Part shown: positions 40,191 to 49,828 of the stretch, piece by piece
Layout of the letters: each line of letters starts with the position of its first letter
How positions within the stretch are numbered: position 1 is the first letter of the stretch
NCBI GenBank assembly: GCA_045653505.1
Contig: JAZOLZ010000037.1
Location: 25,263 to 89,262 of the forward strand
Reading direction: 5' to 3'
DNA: 64,000 nt
Source of the DNA: Eubacteriales bacterium
GTDB taxonomy: Bacteria; Bacillota; Clostridia; Oscillospirales; CAG-272
The notes under the pieces: generated by a model
The model's database searches: none
What the model was told of the DNA's origin: nothing
The model's input: only the letters and a program-made list of their open reading frames with translations
Program-made: the position numbers and the translations under genes

Positions 40191-41226
40191 AAAGTTGCCA
40201 GATATCCTTTACCATAATCAAAAGCGAAAGTCCCAAAAGCACTAAAAGGCCTATGCCGTTTATTGCCGCCTCTATGTTTTTGGGCAGTTTTTTTCTCGTA
40301 ACCATCTCAATAAGAATAGTGAGAAGTCTGCCGCCGTCAAGCGCGGGGATGGGCAAAAGGTTCATTACACCGAGGTTAATACTGATAAGGACCACGATGT
40401 ATAAAAGCGATGTGGGGCCTGCTGCCGCCGCCTCGCCTATAGTACTGCCTATACCGACAGGGCCAGAAACAGCCTCAAAGGTAAATCTGCCCGTTATAAG
40501 GTCAAAGAGCGACTCCCATACCATGCGCACAATAAGGCAGGAGCGGGTAAAGGAATAACTTATGGTAGTGAGAAAATCCTTTTCAATAGCATAAATCCTG
40601 AAATCCATACTACCCATAGTCTGACCCGACTCGGTCTGTTTGGGAAATACGATGTCGGTAAGCACCACCGTCTCGCCGTTACGTATAACGGTAAGGTCGA
40701 TAGGCTCGTGACCGTTGTGGAGTATCTCATAGGCAAGCTCATCTGCAATAGTAACTGTTCTGTCACCGACCTTTATTATCTTATCTCCCGCCATAAGTCC
40801 CTGCTCTGAGGTGGAGAGTACGCCCTGTTCGGGCTCCATAAAGTTTGCAACCGTAGTACCGCCGATAGTAATAAAGGCAGTGAGGATTATCATAGCCAAA
40901 AAGCCTGCTATAATATTTACGGATGCGCCTGCTATTGTAATTATAAATCTTTGCCAAGCAGGCTTTTTATCAAAGGAATTGGGATCATCACTCTCCTCAT
41001 CCTCGCCCGCCATGGCAACGTATCCGCCTATTGGGAGCATTGAAAGGCTGTATACGGTACCGTTCTTTTTGGACTCGTACCACATAAGCTTTGGTCCCAT
41101 ACCTATGGAGAACTCCTTTACCGTTACGCCGAATATTCTGGCAGTGATAAAGTGACCGAACTCGTGTATAAATATAAGAAAACCGAACACCAAAAGTGTT
41201 ATTACTATAGTACCAACTGTCTCCAA
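40183..41226 (-). CDS. rseP: RIP metalloprotease RseP/RasP with PDZ domain
   Basis: HEFGH, PIGGYV, NLLPIPALDGG; dxr-ispG context. Confidence 0.93.
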   Translation of the reverse strand: METVGTIVITLLVFGFLIFIHEFGHFITARIFGVTVKEFSIGMGPKLMWYESKKNGTVYSLSMLPIGGYVAMAGEDEESDDPNSFDKKPAWQRFIITIAGASVNIIAGFLAMIILTAFITIGGTTVANFMEPEQGVLSTSEQGLMAGDKIIKVGDRTVTIADELAYEILHNGHEPIDLTVIRNGETVVLTDIVFPKQTESGQTMGSMDFRIYAIEKDFLTTISYSFTRSCLIVRMVWESLFDLITGRFTFEAVSGPVGIGSTIGEAAAAGPTSLLYIVVLISINLGVMNLLPIPALDGGRLLTILIEMVTRKKLPKNIEAAINGIGLLVLLGLSLLIMVKDIWQLFA

Positions 41227-41229
41227 CGT

Positions 41230-42384
41230 TTACTCCTCTATAAAACTCTTACAGACTTTTCTTGCTAAGGCATCTATCTCTAAAAGTTCATTTACATTAG
41301 TTGTATTTTTTGCATCAAGCATTTTCTCAAACGTCTTTGTAACAACGTCGCTAAGGGCGTTAAAGGAAAGCCTGTTTTGTAAAAAGGCCTCCACCGCAAC
41401 CTCATCTGCGGCATTTATAACAGCGCCCATACCACCGCCAAGTGTAACAGCCTTTCTTGCTAAAGAAAGCAGTGGGAAGGTATCGTAATCGGGAGCCTTA
41501 AAACTCAAAGTGCCTATTCTAAATAAATCAAGTTTATCTATTATACCGACATTCCTCTTTGGATAATCAAGCGCATACTGTACGCAAGCGCGCATATCGG
41601 GTACGGACATCTCACCGATGACGGTATTATCAATATATTCAACGGCTGAGTGCAGTATACTCTCAGGATGAATAACCACCTCTATCTTATCGGGTGATAC
41701 GCCAAAAAGATGCACCGCCTCTATAAGCTCAAATCCCTTATTCATAAGAGTGGCTGAGTCAACGGTAATTTTTTTACCCATCTGCCAGGTGGGGTGCTTA
41801 AGAGCATCAAGGGCGCTTACCCCCTCAAGTTCTGCCCTGCTTTTGCCGTAAAACGGGCCACCTGAGGCGGTTAATATTATACGGCTTATCTCCTTTTGCC
41901 TGCCTGCCTTAAGCGACTGGAAGATGGCGGAATGCTCACTGTCAACGGGAATAATCTCGCACCCGTTTTCAAAGGCTGAATGCATTACTGCCTCACCTGC
42001 AATAACCAAGGATTCCTTATTTGCAAGACAAAGGCGCTTTTTTGTTTTTATTACCTCAAGGGTGGGTAAAAGACCGGCCATGCCCGAAATGGAGTTGACG
42101 ACAGCATCGCATCGAATGTCATTTATGCCCTCAAGGATACCCTCTTTGCCTATGTAAACGTGGATATCCGTATCCTTAAGCGACTGCTTTAATTCAAGAG
42201 CAGAGCGCTCGTCTGCCATAGCCACGGCCTTAACCCTGAATTTTCTCGCAATCTGCTCGGCACTCCTTACATTGGTGTTAGCAGTAATATAGGAAACCTC
42301 CATATCACGCGCTGCTGCTACGTCAAGTGCCTGCTTGCCTACAGAGCCGCAAGCGCCAAGGACTGCTATATTTTGTTTATTCAT
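41230..42384 (-). CDS. dxr: 1-deoxy-D-xylulose-5-phosphate reductoisomerase
   Basis: LANKES, PVDSEHSA, HPTWxMG, DSATLMNKG. Confidence 0.95.
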   Translation of the reverse strand: MNKQNIAVLGACGSVGKQALDVAAARDMEVSYITANTNVRSAEQIARKFRVKAVAMADERSALELKQSLKDTDIHVYIGKEGILEGINDIRCDAVVNSISGMAGLLPTLEVIKTKKRLCLANKESLVIAGEAVMHSAFENGCEIIPVDSEHSAIFQSLKAGRQKEISRIILTASGGPFYGKSRAELEGVSALDALKHPTWQMGKKITVDSATLMNKGFELIEAVHLFGVSPDKIEVVIHPESILHSAVEYIDNTVIGEMSVPDMRACVQYALDYPKRNVGIIDKLDLFRIGTLSFKAPDYDTFPLLSLARKAVTLGGGMGAVINAADEVAVEAFLQNRLSFNALSDVVTKTFEKMLDAKNTTNVNELLEIDALARKVCKSFIEE

Positions 42385-42431
42385 CTATACGGCTCCTTTC
42401 CTAGGCAAAAAAGGTTTTAGTATTTTAGTCT

Positions 42432-42465
42432 AAAAAGGCTTTCGTATTTTTCCGAAAGCCTTTTT
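42432..42465 (-). terminator. Terminator-like hairpin between cdsA and dxr
   Basis: AAAAAGGCTTTCG-8 nt-CGAAAGCCTTTTT. Confidence 0.7.
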
Positions 42466-42485
42466 GTTATATTGGAATAGTTTAA

Positions 42486-43355
42486 TCAAGAGAAGAACGG
42501 AGGTGCTATTGAGCAGATAATCATAAGTATAAGGGCAACGCTCATAACCGAGTCAAATCTGTCCATTACTCCGCCGTGACCGGGGAATATGTTGCCGTAG
42601 TCCTTTACACCGTGCTCTCTCTTGATAAGCGAAGCCAGAAGGTCGCCAAGCTGAGAGACTACCGAAAGAGTAAGACCCAAGAACGCAAGTACAAAATAAT
42701 TGGGCGTGCGAGGAGCAAGGAACGGAATAAAGTTGAACTGTATAACAAGGCCGTAAAGCATAGTTATGCCAATGGAGGATATGGTGCCGCCAATTGAGCC
42801 CTCAACCGTCTTTTTGGGGCTGACCTCGGGAATAAGCTTATGCTTGCCGAGGAAGGTGCCTGCAAAGTATGCGCCTGCATCAGATGCCCATGAAACGATG
42901 AACACGAGGGGAACGAAATAAAGACCGTCATCTGACATGTATCTTATAACGCTGAGTGCCGTAAAGGAAACGGCTACGTAGGTTGAGGCAGTAAATACCG
43001 CAGATACGTCAGAATACTTTATAGTACCCTTTGAAAAAATCGATACGCTGAAAAGGTATATCAGATAAACAAAGAGGAAATATGAAAGATACAGCAAAAA
43101 CTGTGTCTGCGAAGCAGTCTCACCCTTTTGGATATAGTAGTAAAGATATGAAACGATAGGGAAAGCTATCGCAATAAGATATGCGGGTATGCATATAACA
43201 GGCTTTTTGTGATAACCCAAAACGTTAAGTATTTCAAACATGGCTATACCTGCCAATATAGCAAGCACCACAGAATATACCACTAAATGAGAGCAAAAGA
43301 TAAGCGTTGCAAATACCGCAACGATTATTGCCGCTGTAATTAATCTAGATTTCAT
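42486..43355 (-). CDS. cdsA: Phosphatidate cytidylyltransferase
   Basis: SPKKTVEG, GDLLASLIKR, PGHGGVMDRFDS. Confidence 0.95.
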   Translation of the reverse strand: MKSRLITAAIIVAVFATLIFCSHLVVYSVVLAILAGIAMFEILNVLGYHKKPVICIPAYLIAIAFPIVSYLYYYIQKGETASQTQFLLYLSYFLFVYLIYLFSVSIFSKGTIKYSDVSAVFTASTYVAVSFTALSVIRYMSDDGLYFVPLVFIVSWASDAGAYFAGTFLGKHKLIPEVSPKKTVEGSIGGTISSIGITMLYGLVIQFNFIPFLAPRTPNYFVLAFLGLTLSVVSQLGDLLASLIKREHGVKDYGNIFPGHGGVMDRFDSVMSVALILMIICSIAPPFFS

Positions 43356-44088
43356 GATATTTTAAAGCATCTTCCTTATTAAGTCCACCAAATCTGCGCT
43401 GACGCCGGGTGAAAGTTTTTAATGAATATATAAAGTCCTCTTCCTTAAAATCAGGCCAGAGCGTATCAAGAACCACAAGCTCCGAATACGCGCACTGCCA
43501 GAGAAGAAAATTGGATAAACGGTTTTCTCCCCCCGTCCTTATGATAAGATCGGGATCGGGAATGTCCTTTGTATAGGTATAATCCGAAAGAATTTTTTCA
43601 CTGAATACAGTAACACCGTCACTAATAGCCGAGTTTACGGCATTTACTATCTCTGCCCTGCCCCCGTAGTTAAGGGCAACGTTGCAGATAAAGGACGGAG
43701 TATCTGCCATTTTTTCAATCTCAAGACATTTATCCTTAAGTTTTTTTGGCACACCCGAAAGATCGCCTATAAACCTTATAGCAAAGGATTTGTCCTTTTT
43801 AATAAGAGGTATTGCCACTGTATCAAGATATGAAAAAATGAGTTTCATTATAGCATCTACTTCCTCTTTGGGCCTTTTAAAGTTCTCGCTCGAAAAGGCG
43901 TAAAGAGTAACATAGCGCACACCGTATTTTTTAAAAATCTCAAGAGTAGGTCTTACAATTTTAGCCCCTGCAATATGGCCGCTTGTACGAGGCAAGCCCC
44001 GTCCCTTTGCCCATCTGCCGTTGCCGTCCATAATAACAGCCAACGACTGTACTGAACCAAAAAGTGTATCCCTACCCGATAAAGACAT
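43345..44088 (-). CDS. uppS: Undecaprenyl diphosphate synthase
   Basis: IMDGNGRWA, YAFSSEN, RTGGENRLSNFLLWQ. Confidence 0.95.
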   Translation of the reverse strand: MSLSGRDTLFGSVQSLAVIMDGNGRWAKGRGLPRTSGHIAGAKIVRPTLEIFKKYGVRYVTLYAFSSENFKRPKEEVDAIMKLIFSYLDTVAIPLIKKDKSFAIRFIGDLSGVPKKLKDKCLEIEKMADTPSFICNVALNYGGRAEIVNAVNSAISDGVTVFSEKILSDYTYTKDIPDPDLIIRTGGENRLSNFLLWQCAYSELVVLDTLWPDFKEEDFIYSLKTFTRRQRRFGGLNKEDALKYHEI

Positions 44089-44110
44089 AGTATCTCCTTT
44101 TTAAAGAGAT

Positions 44111-44665
44111 TTAAATTTCCATAACTTCCTTTGTCTTAGCAGCAGTTATGTTATCAACCTCTTTTATGTACTTATCGGTGATGTCCTGCACTGCCTTATC
44201 GGAAAGCTTTGCCTCATCCTCTGTCATCTCGGAATTCTTCTTCTGCGCCTTGATCTTATCGTTTGCATCACGGCGGATGTTACGTACTGCTACCTTAGCA
44301 TCCTCGCCCATTTTGGAAATCTGCTTTGAGAGTTCCTTTCTGCGCTCCTCTGTCATAGGAGGGAAAAGAAGACGGATGCACTGACCGTCGTTCTGAGGAT
44401 GAATACCGAGGTCGGATACGAGAATTGCCTTTTCAATATTCTTCATAGCGCTCTTATCCCACGCGGTAATAACGATAGTGCGCGCATCGGATACCTTAAC
44501 CTCTGCTATTGCGTTAATTGCTGTGGGTGAGCCGTAGTAATCAACTGTTATCTTTTTAAGAACGTCGGGGTTTGCTCTGCCTGCGCGGATGGATGAAAGG
44601 TTATCCGAATATGCGGCGAGAGTTTTTTTCATCTTTTCTTCAAATTCTCTTGTGTCAAGTTTCAT
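44111..44665 (-). CDS. frr: Ribosome recycling factor
   Basis: IRAGRANP, PPMTEERRKEL, AVRNIRRD. Confidence 0.97.
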   Translation of the reverse strand: MKLDTREFEEKMKKTLAAYSDNLSSIRAGRANPDVLKKITVDYYGSPTAINAIAEVKVSDARTIVITAWDKSAMKNIEKAILVSDLGIHPQNDGQCIRLLFPPMTEERRKELSKQISKMGEDAKVAVRNIRRDANDKIKAQKKNSEMTEDEAKLSDKAVQDITDKYIKEVDNITAAKTKEVMEI

Positions 44666-44694
44666 ATACTTTTCTCCTTTAAAATCTATGTATT

Positions 44695-45393
44695 TCAGTC
44701 AGCGGTAACGATTGTACCAATCGTCTCGCCCTTTATTGCCTTTGCTATATCAGACGCATTTTTAAGACCGAAGACGCGTATGGGCATACCGTTTGACATA
44801 CAGAATGCCGCTGCAGTTGCATCTATCGCCTTAAGATTAAGCGCCAAGAACTCAGAGCATTTAATACTCTCAAGTTTTTTTGCATTTTTGTCAATCGCCG
44901 GGTCGGCTGTGTAAATATAATCAATGTTCTTTGCCATAAGCATTGCGTCAGCACCAATCTCAGCCGCTCTTACAGCGCCTGCTGTGTCGGTAGAAAGGAA
45001 CGGCACACCAAGACCGCCGCCGAATACCACTACCCCGCCCCTCTCAAGAAGAGCGATAGCCGACTCCTTTGTATACTGCTTTGCAAACGGGTCAAGCGCA
45101 ATTGAGGACATAACCTCACACTCCACACCCGCTCTTTTAATCGCATCCTTTAGGCAGATGGAATTGATAACGGTGGCAAGCATACCCATCCTATCAGCAT
45201 CCTGACGGTCCATATCACCGCCCTGTCTGCCGCGCCAGATGTTACCTGCGCCTACCACAAGTGCTATCTCGTAGCCCTCTTTTACGCACGCCGCAATCTG
45301 AGTTGCAACCTCATCAACAAAGGCTACATTGTATATATCTGACGTATCCTTTGCAAGTGCCTCGCCCGAGAGCTTAAGTAAAACACGCTTCAT
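44695..45393 (-). CDS. pyrH: UMP kinase
   Basis: RVLLKLSGEAL, GNIWRG, MGMLAT, STDT. Confidence 0.95.
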   Translation of the reverse strand: MKRVLLKLSGEALAKDTSDIYNVAFVDEVATQIAACVKEGYEIALVVGAGNIWRGRQGGDMDRQDADRMGMLATVINSICLKDAIKRAGVECEVMSSIALDPFAKQYTKESAIALLERGGVVVFGGGLGVPFLSTDTAGAVRAAEIGADAMLMAKNIDYIYTADPAIDKNAKKLESIKCSEFLALNLKAIDATAAAFCMSNGMPIRVFGLKNASDIAKAIKGETIGTIVTAD

Positions 45394-45433
45394 ATAAATC
45401 TCCTATTCTAAAGAGTCTGGGTTTACTTATATT

Positions 45434-45462
45434 ATTTTAACTCATTATTCGCCTTTTGTAAA
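45434..45462 (-). promoter_or_regulatory. SigA-type promoter of pyrH operon
   Basis: TTTACA-17 nt-TAAAAT. Confidence 0.6.
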
Positions 45463-45554
45463 CACCTTTTTAAAATTTTAATAGATTTTTTTATTATATC
45501 TTATATTTTAGTATAAATTTATGGGCCCGCCTTACCGACGAGCCCACAAAAATC

Positions 45555-46502
45555 TTATTTTTTAAGTGAAATTGCTTTTTTAGCCATCTTTACAATATTT
45601 TCGCTTGTAAGACCGTATATCTCAAGAAGCGCGGGAACACTGCCGCTACGACCGTACTCATCGTTAACACCGACCTTAACTACGGGTACAGGACAGCCAA
45701 GACACACAGCATCGCATACTGCCGAGCCAAGACCTCCTATTACAGAGTGCTCCTCCGCAGTAACGACAGCACCGGTCTTTTTGGCTGAGTTAATGATAAT
45801 ATCGCTATCAAGCGGCTTTACTGTGTGGATATTGATTACCTCAGCATCAATACCCTCTGCCTTAAGCATCTCTTTAGCCTCAAGAGCAAGATGCACCATA
45901 TAGCCGGTGGCAACAATGGTTACGTCCTTACCGCAACAGAGCAGTCTGCCCTTGCCTAACTCAAATTTATAATCCGACTCCTCGGCGCTGAGATTGGGTA
46001 CTGCGTATCTGCCAAAGCGCAGATATACGGGGCCCTTATGATTTATTGCCGCCTCGACAGCCATAAACGCCTCGTTTGCATCGGAGGGGTTGATTATTGT
46101 CATACCCGGGATAGTGCGCATAAGAGCAATATCCTCGTTACACTGGTGAGTTGCACCGTCCTCGCCGACGGTTATGCCTGCGTGTGTTGCGCCTATCTTT
46201 ACGTTAAGGTGGGGATAACCGATAGAATTACGAACCTGCTCAAAGGCTCTGCCTGCCGCAAACATTGCAAACGAGGAGGCAAAAACCGTCTTGCCCGTTG
46301 TTGCAATACCTGCCGCAACGCTCATCATATTGCCCTCTGCTATACCGCAGTCAAAAAATCTATTCGGAAACTTCTTTTTGAAAACCGAAGTCTTTGTTGC
46401 CGCCGCAAGGTCAGCATCAAGAACAAGAAAATCGTACTTTTCACCAAGAGATGCAAGCGCTGCGCCGTAGGCCTCTCTGGTCGCCTTTTTTTCTGCCATC
46501 AC
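45555..46502 (-). CDS. Transketolase, C-terminal subunit
   Basis: GIAEGNM, GEDGATHQ, GPVYLRFGR, EEHSVIGGLG. Confidence 0.92.
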   Translation of the reverse strand: MMAEKKATREAYGAALASLGEKYDFLVLDADLAAATKTSVFKKKFPNRFFDCGIAEGNMMSVAAGIATTGKTVFASSFAMFAAGRAFEQVRNSIGYPHLNVKIGATHAGITVGEDGATHQCNEDIALMRTIPGMTIINPSDANEAFMAVEAAINHKGPVYLRFGRYAVPNLSAEESDYKFELGKGRLLCCGKDVTIVATGYMVHLALEAKEMLKAEGIDAEVINIHTVKPLDSDIIINSAKKTGAVVTAEEHSVIGGLGSAVCDAVCLGCPVPVVKVGVNDEYGRSGSVPALLEIYGLTSENIVKMAKKAISLKK

Positions 46503-46512
46503 ACACTCCTCC

Positions 46513-47352
46513 TTACTTTAAGGTCTCTCTGATTTTGTCAAGGTCGCTTATCGCAACATCGTAAAGTTCACCCTTAGGTGCCTGACCGTGCCACTCACAG
46601 GCGTTCTCCATATAGGACACGCCCTTGCCCTTTGTGGACTTAGCAATAATAACGGTAGGCTTGCCCTTTGTGTTCCTTGCTTCGTTAAACGCCGCCTCAA
46701 TTTCATCAAAATCATGAGCGTTAATAGTTATAACGTGCCAGCCGAATGCACGGAATTTTTCATCGTGCGGCGTGGGATTCATAACCTCGGTTATCGGGCC
46801 GTCTATCTGCAAACCGTTAAGGTCAAGGATGCAAACGAGATTGTCAAGTTTGTAGTGAGCGGCAAACATAGCAGCCTCCCATACCTGACCCTCCTCACTC
46901 TCACCGTCACCGATAACTGTGTAAACGCGGTTTTGCGCGCCATACACCTTAGCGCTGAGCGCCATACCGCAGGCGCAGGATATACCTAAACCGAGCGAGC
47001 CTGTAGACATATCGACACCCGGCACACCCTTCATCTCCGGGTGACCCTGAAGAATAGAGTCAACCTTGCGCAGTGTTTTTAAAAGACTTACATCAAAATA
47101 GCCGCGGTTTGCCAAGGTGGAATAAAGAGCAGGAGCCGTATGACCCTTTGAAAGAACAAATCTGTCTCTTTTTTCATCCTTAGGATTTTTGGGGTCGATA
47201 TTCATTTCCTCAAAATAAAGATACGCCATAATATCGGCTATTGAAAGCGAACCGCCCGGATGACCGCAGGCAGCAGAATAGACCGCCTCGATAATGCCGT
47301 AGCGTATATCAAGAGCCTTGTTTTGTAAAAAGAGTTTTTTAGATTGTTCCAT
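46513..47352 (-). CDS. Transketolase, N-terminal (ThDP-binding) subunit
   Basis: GHPGGSLS, RFVLSKGH, GDGE..EG, WHG. Confidence 0.92.
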   Translation of the reverse strand: MEQSKKLFLQNKALDIRYGIIEAVYSAACGHPGGSLSIADIMAYLYFEEMNIDPKNPKDEKRDRFVLSKGHTAPALYSTLANRGYFDVSLLKTLRKVDSILQGHPEMKGVPGVDMSTGSLGLGISCACGMALSAKVYGAQNRVYTVIGDGESEEGQVWEAAMFAAHYKLDNLVCILDLNGLQIDGPITEVMNPTPHDEKFRAFGWHVITINAHDFDEIEAAFNEARNTKGKPTVIIAKSTKGKGVSYMENACEWHGQAPKGELYDVAISDLDKIRETLK

Positions 47353-47381
47353 AAGGCTGTCTCCTTTGAATTTATGGGACT

Positions 47382-47410
47382 ATTTTACCCTAAAAATATA
47401 AAAAAGTCAA
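47382..47410 (-). promoter_or_regulatory. SigA-type promoter of transketolase genes
   Basis: TTGACT-17 nt-TAAAAT. Confidence 0.65.
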
Positions 47411-47437
47411 TAATATTACCGATAATAGAGAGAAAAA

Positions 47438-47475
47438 TAAAAAATCTCCGTCACCACGCGGTAAACGGAGATTTT
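47438..47475 (-). terminator. Terminator after membrane protein gene
   Basis: AAAATCTCCGT...ACGGAGATTTT. Confidence 0.7.
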
Positions 47476-47483
47476 AAAATCAA

Positions 47484-48152
47484 TTAATAACGCTTTCTTG
47501 TCTTTACCTGCACGATAAAGCCGATTACAGCAAGAATTGCAATAACTGCAATCTCAACAAGCATCTCGCTGCCGGGGAAAAGAAGGGTGAAATCAAACAC
47601 ACCGCTAACAATACCCAAGGATACAAGGTATGCACCGACAATTGCGGTAACGCCCATCTCGAAATACTTGAGAACTACGAATGCGATAAAAGCAACTGCT
47701 ACGCTGATAGCGATGCAGATAAGCATACCGTCATCATCAAGCTGACCGAGTTCTGCAATAGCGGCCTCTGAAACGAACATATAGGTAAGAAGGCCTGAGC
47801 CGCCGCCTATTGCCACTATATATATTACCTGACTGAGTACGCCGAATACCACGCCGACCGCTATGCCGACAACAGATGCGTCGGTAGGAAGAACGGTTGC
47901 TACCATAGGTGCTACGACAACAGCGCCAAGAACGTAACCTACAGCAAAGCAGGCGATAAATTTGAAAGCACCAAAGAATCTGCGACCCATAAAGAGTGTA
48001 ACTGCGCCAAGAACGATAAGAACTAAGGGAATGTAAGCCTCATAGGGAGCTATGCTTGCCCAAAGATCCTCCCACGCCGCAGCAACGTCAGCGTTGCCAA
48101 AAAAGTTTGTTATAATATCTGTACCTGAACCGGTACCTACTATATCTCCCAC
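47484..48152 (-). CDS. Multi-pass membrane protein (DUF4203/TMEM198-like)
   Basis: About 7 Gly-rich hydrophobic helices, TAIVGA, G..VQ C-terminus; GTG start after GAGG. Confidence 0.6.
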   Translation of the reverse strand: MGDIVGTGSGTDIITNFFGNADVAAAWEDLWASIAPYEAYIPLVLIVLGAVTLFMGRRFFGAFKFIACFAVGYVLGAVVVAPMVATVLPTDASVVGIAVGVVFGVLSQVIYIVAIGGGSGLLTYMFVSEAAIAELGQLDDDGMLICIAISVAVAFIAFVVLKYFEMGVTAIVGAYLVSLGIVSGVFDFTLLFPGSEMLVEIAVIAILAVIGFIVQVKTRKRY

Positions 48153-48227
48153 TTTTAACCTCTTTCTCGGATAAAACCGATGTATTTGTTTTTACCAAAG
48201 GGTAAAGTATTTTATCCAACTTCAATT

Positions 48228-48256
48228 ATTATAACATATAAATATTAAAAAATCAA
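48228..48256 (-). promoter_or_regulatory. SigA-type promoter
   Basis: TTGATT-17 nt-TATAAT with TG extension. Confidence 0.6.
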
Positions 48257-48326
48257 TAGCAAATTTGAGTAATCTTGAAATTTTTGGAAATAGGTGTAAA
48301 ACCCAAATAAAATGATTTATTAATGC

Positions 48327-48355
48327 TTGTATTCTCAAGAAAAACGTGATATTAT
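48327..48355 (+). promoter_or_regulatory. SigA-type promoter of the membrane protein/M20 operon
   Basis: TTGTAT-17 nt-TATTAT with TG extension. Confidence 0.55.
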
Positions 48356-48385
48356 GAAAATAACTCAAAAAAAGGAGACTAACCT

Positions 48386-49150
48386 ATGGAATTTTCTGCT
48401 AATCATCCGTTTATATTCGTTTTAGCGGGCATAGTTATCGCTATAGTGGTAGCGCAGTCTGTCTTTTTCCTCATCAAGTCCTACAAAAGAGGCCTTGAAA
48501 TAGGAATTGATAAGTCACTGCTCAACGCCACCATAAAACGCTCTGCCCTCTTTACAATCGCACCTGCTATCGCAGTGTTTATGGGCGTTATATCACTCGT
48601 AAATATGCTGGGCGTTGCCCTGCCCTGGCTGCGTCTGTCTATCATAGGTGCAGTTACCTACGAGTTGCCTGCGGCTACTCAGGCGCTTGCCGCTCTTGGC
48701 CTTACCGGTGAGGGTCTTTCTTACACAGACCTTACGGCTAAGGACTTTGCAACAATTGCATTCGTTATGACATTCGGTATCGCTTCAAGCCTTATACTTG
48801 CTCCTATTGCCTGCAAAAAAATCACAGGCGGTATGCTCAAGATTAAAGACAAGGACAAGAAGTGGATGGACTTACTTATGACAAGTATGTTTGTAGGTAT
48901 GCTCTCCACATTCTTAGGCTTTATCGTATGCAACCTCGGCTTTGTTGCCGGTGAAAACGGTATTGAGTTCCACTATCAACTCAAGTACTGGATACCCGTA
49001 TTTGTTATGGCAATATCCGGCGGCATTATGGCTATATGCGGTATTCTTATGAAAAAGCTCAACTGGAAATGGCTCAACGACTATGCACTGCCCATCTCAA
49101 TGCTCGGCAGTATGGCGCTGGCTATCCCAATTTCACTCCTCATAGGTTAA
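48386..49150 (+). CDS. Multi-pass membrane protein (DUF5058-like)
   Basis: PWLRLSIIGAVTYEL..A and WLNDYALPISML motifs (family recalled, not searched); AAGGAG RBS. Confidence 0.7.
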   Translation: MEFSANHPFIFVLAGIVIAIVVAQSVFFLIKSYKRGLEIGIDKSLLNATIKRSALFTIAPAIAVFMGVISLVNMLGVALPWLRLSIIGAVTYELPAATQALAALGLTGEGLSYTDLTAKDFATIAFVMTFGIASSLILAPIACKKITGGMLKIKDKDKKWMDLLMTSMFVGMLSTFLGFIVCNLGFVAGENGIEFHYQLKYWIPVFVMAISGGIMAICGILMKKLNWKWLNDYALPISMLGSMALAIPISLLIG

Positions 49151-49171
49151 GTATGGGTTAGGAGGTAAAAT

Positions 49172-49825
49172 ATGAACTACATTGATAAAATGCATAGATA
49201 CGGAAGAATCTGGGCGCTCATTACCTGCGGCGCTATTATAGCCTTCCCCTTTATTATTTCTATCGCCTTTGGCGCATGGCCCGATTTAGGCGAATTTGCA
49301 ACTGCCCTGTTTGCAGTTGCGGTAACCTTCTGGCCGGTTGGCGTTATCGAGGTGTTTACCTTTACTCCCATGCTCGGTGTCGGCGGTACCTATCTTGGCT
49401 TTGTTACGGGCAACCTCTCATCTCTTAAGGTGCCCTGCGCGCTTAATTCAATGGAAAAGGCCGAGGTTAAGGCAGACAGCGAGGAGGGTGAGGTTATCTC
49501 GACTATCTCAATTGCTACATCCTCAATCGTTACAGTGCTTATAATCGCTGTGGGCGTTATTTTCTTAGGCCTTTTACAGCCCGTGCTTTCAAGCCCTGTG
49601 CTTGCGCCTGCATTTGACAACGTTTTGCCCGCGCTCTTTGGCGGTCTTGGTGTTGTTTATATGTCAAAGTACTTTAAAATAGCGGTTTTACCCATCTGCG
49701 TTATGCTCGCGCTCTTTATATTCGTGCCCTGGCTCAACTCAGGTCTTGTAGGTATTATGACCCCTGTAAGCATGATTATAACCATCATTTTTGCAAGATA
49801 TCTTTACAAAAAGGGTAAGGTATAA
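49172..49825 (+). CDS. Uncharacterised multi-pass membrane protein
   Basis: YLGFVTGNLSSLKVPCA, EGEVIST, LPALFGGL; AGGAGG RBS. Confidence 0.75.
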   Translation: MNYIDKMHRYGRIWALITCGAIIAFPFIISIAFGAWPDLGEFATALFAVAVTFWPVGVIEVFTFTPMLGVGGTYLGFVTGNLSSLKVPCALNSMEKAEVKADSEEGEVISTISIATSSIVTVLIIAVGVIFLGLLQPVLSSPVLAPAFDNVLPALFGGLGVVYMSKYFKIAVLPICVMLALFIFVPWLNSGLVGIMTPVSMIITIIFARYLYKKGKV

Positions 49826-49828
49826 TAA

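Noticed and set aside
48279-48293. CodY-box-like AATTTTTGGAAATAG
   Set aside because: Five mismatches to AATTTTCWGAAAATT in AT-rich DNA.
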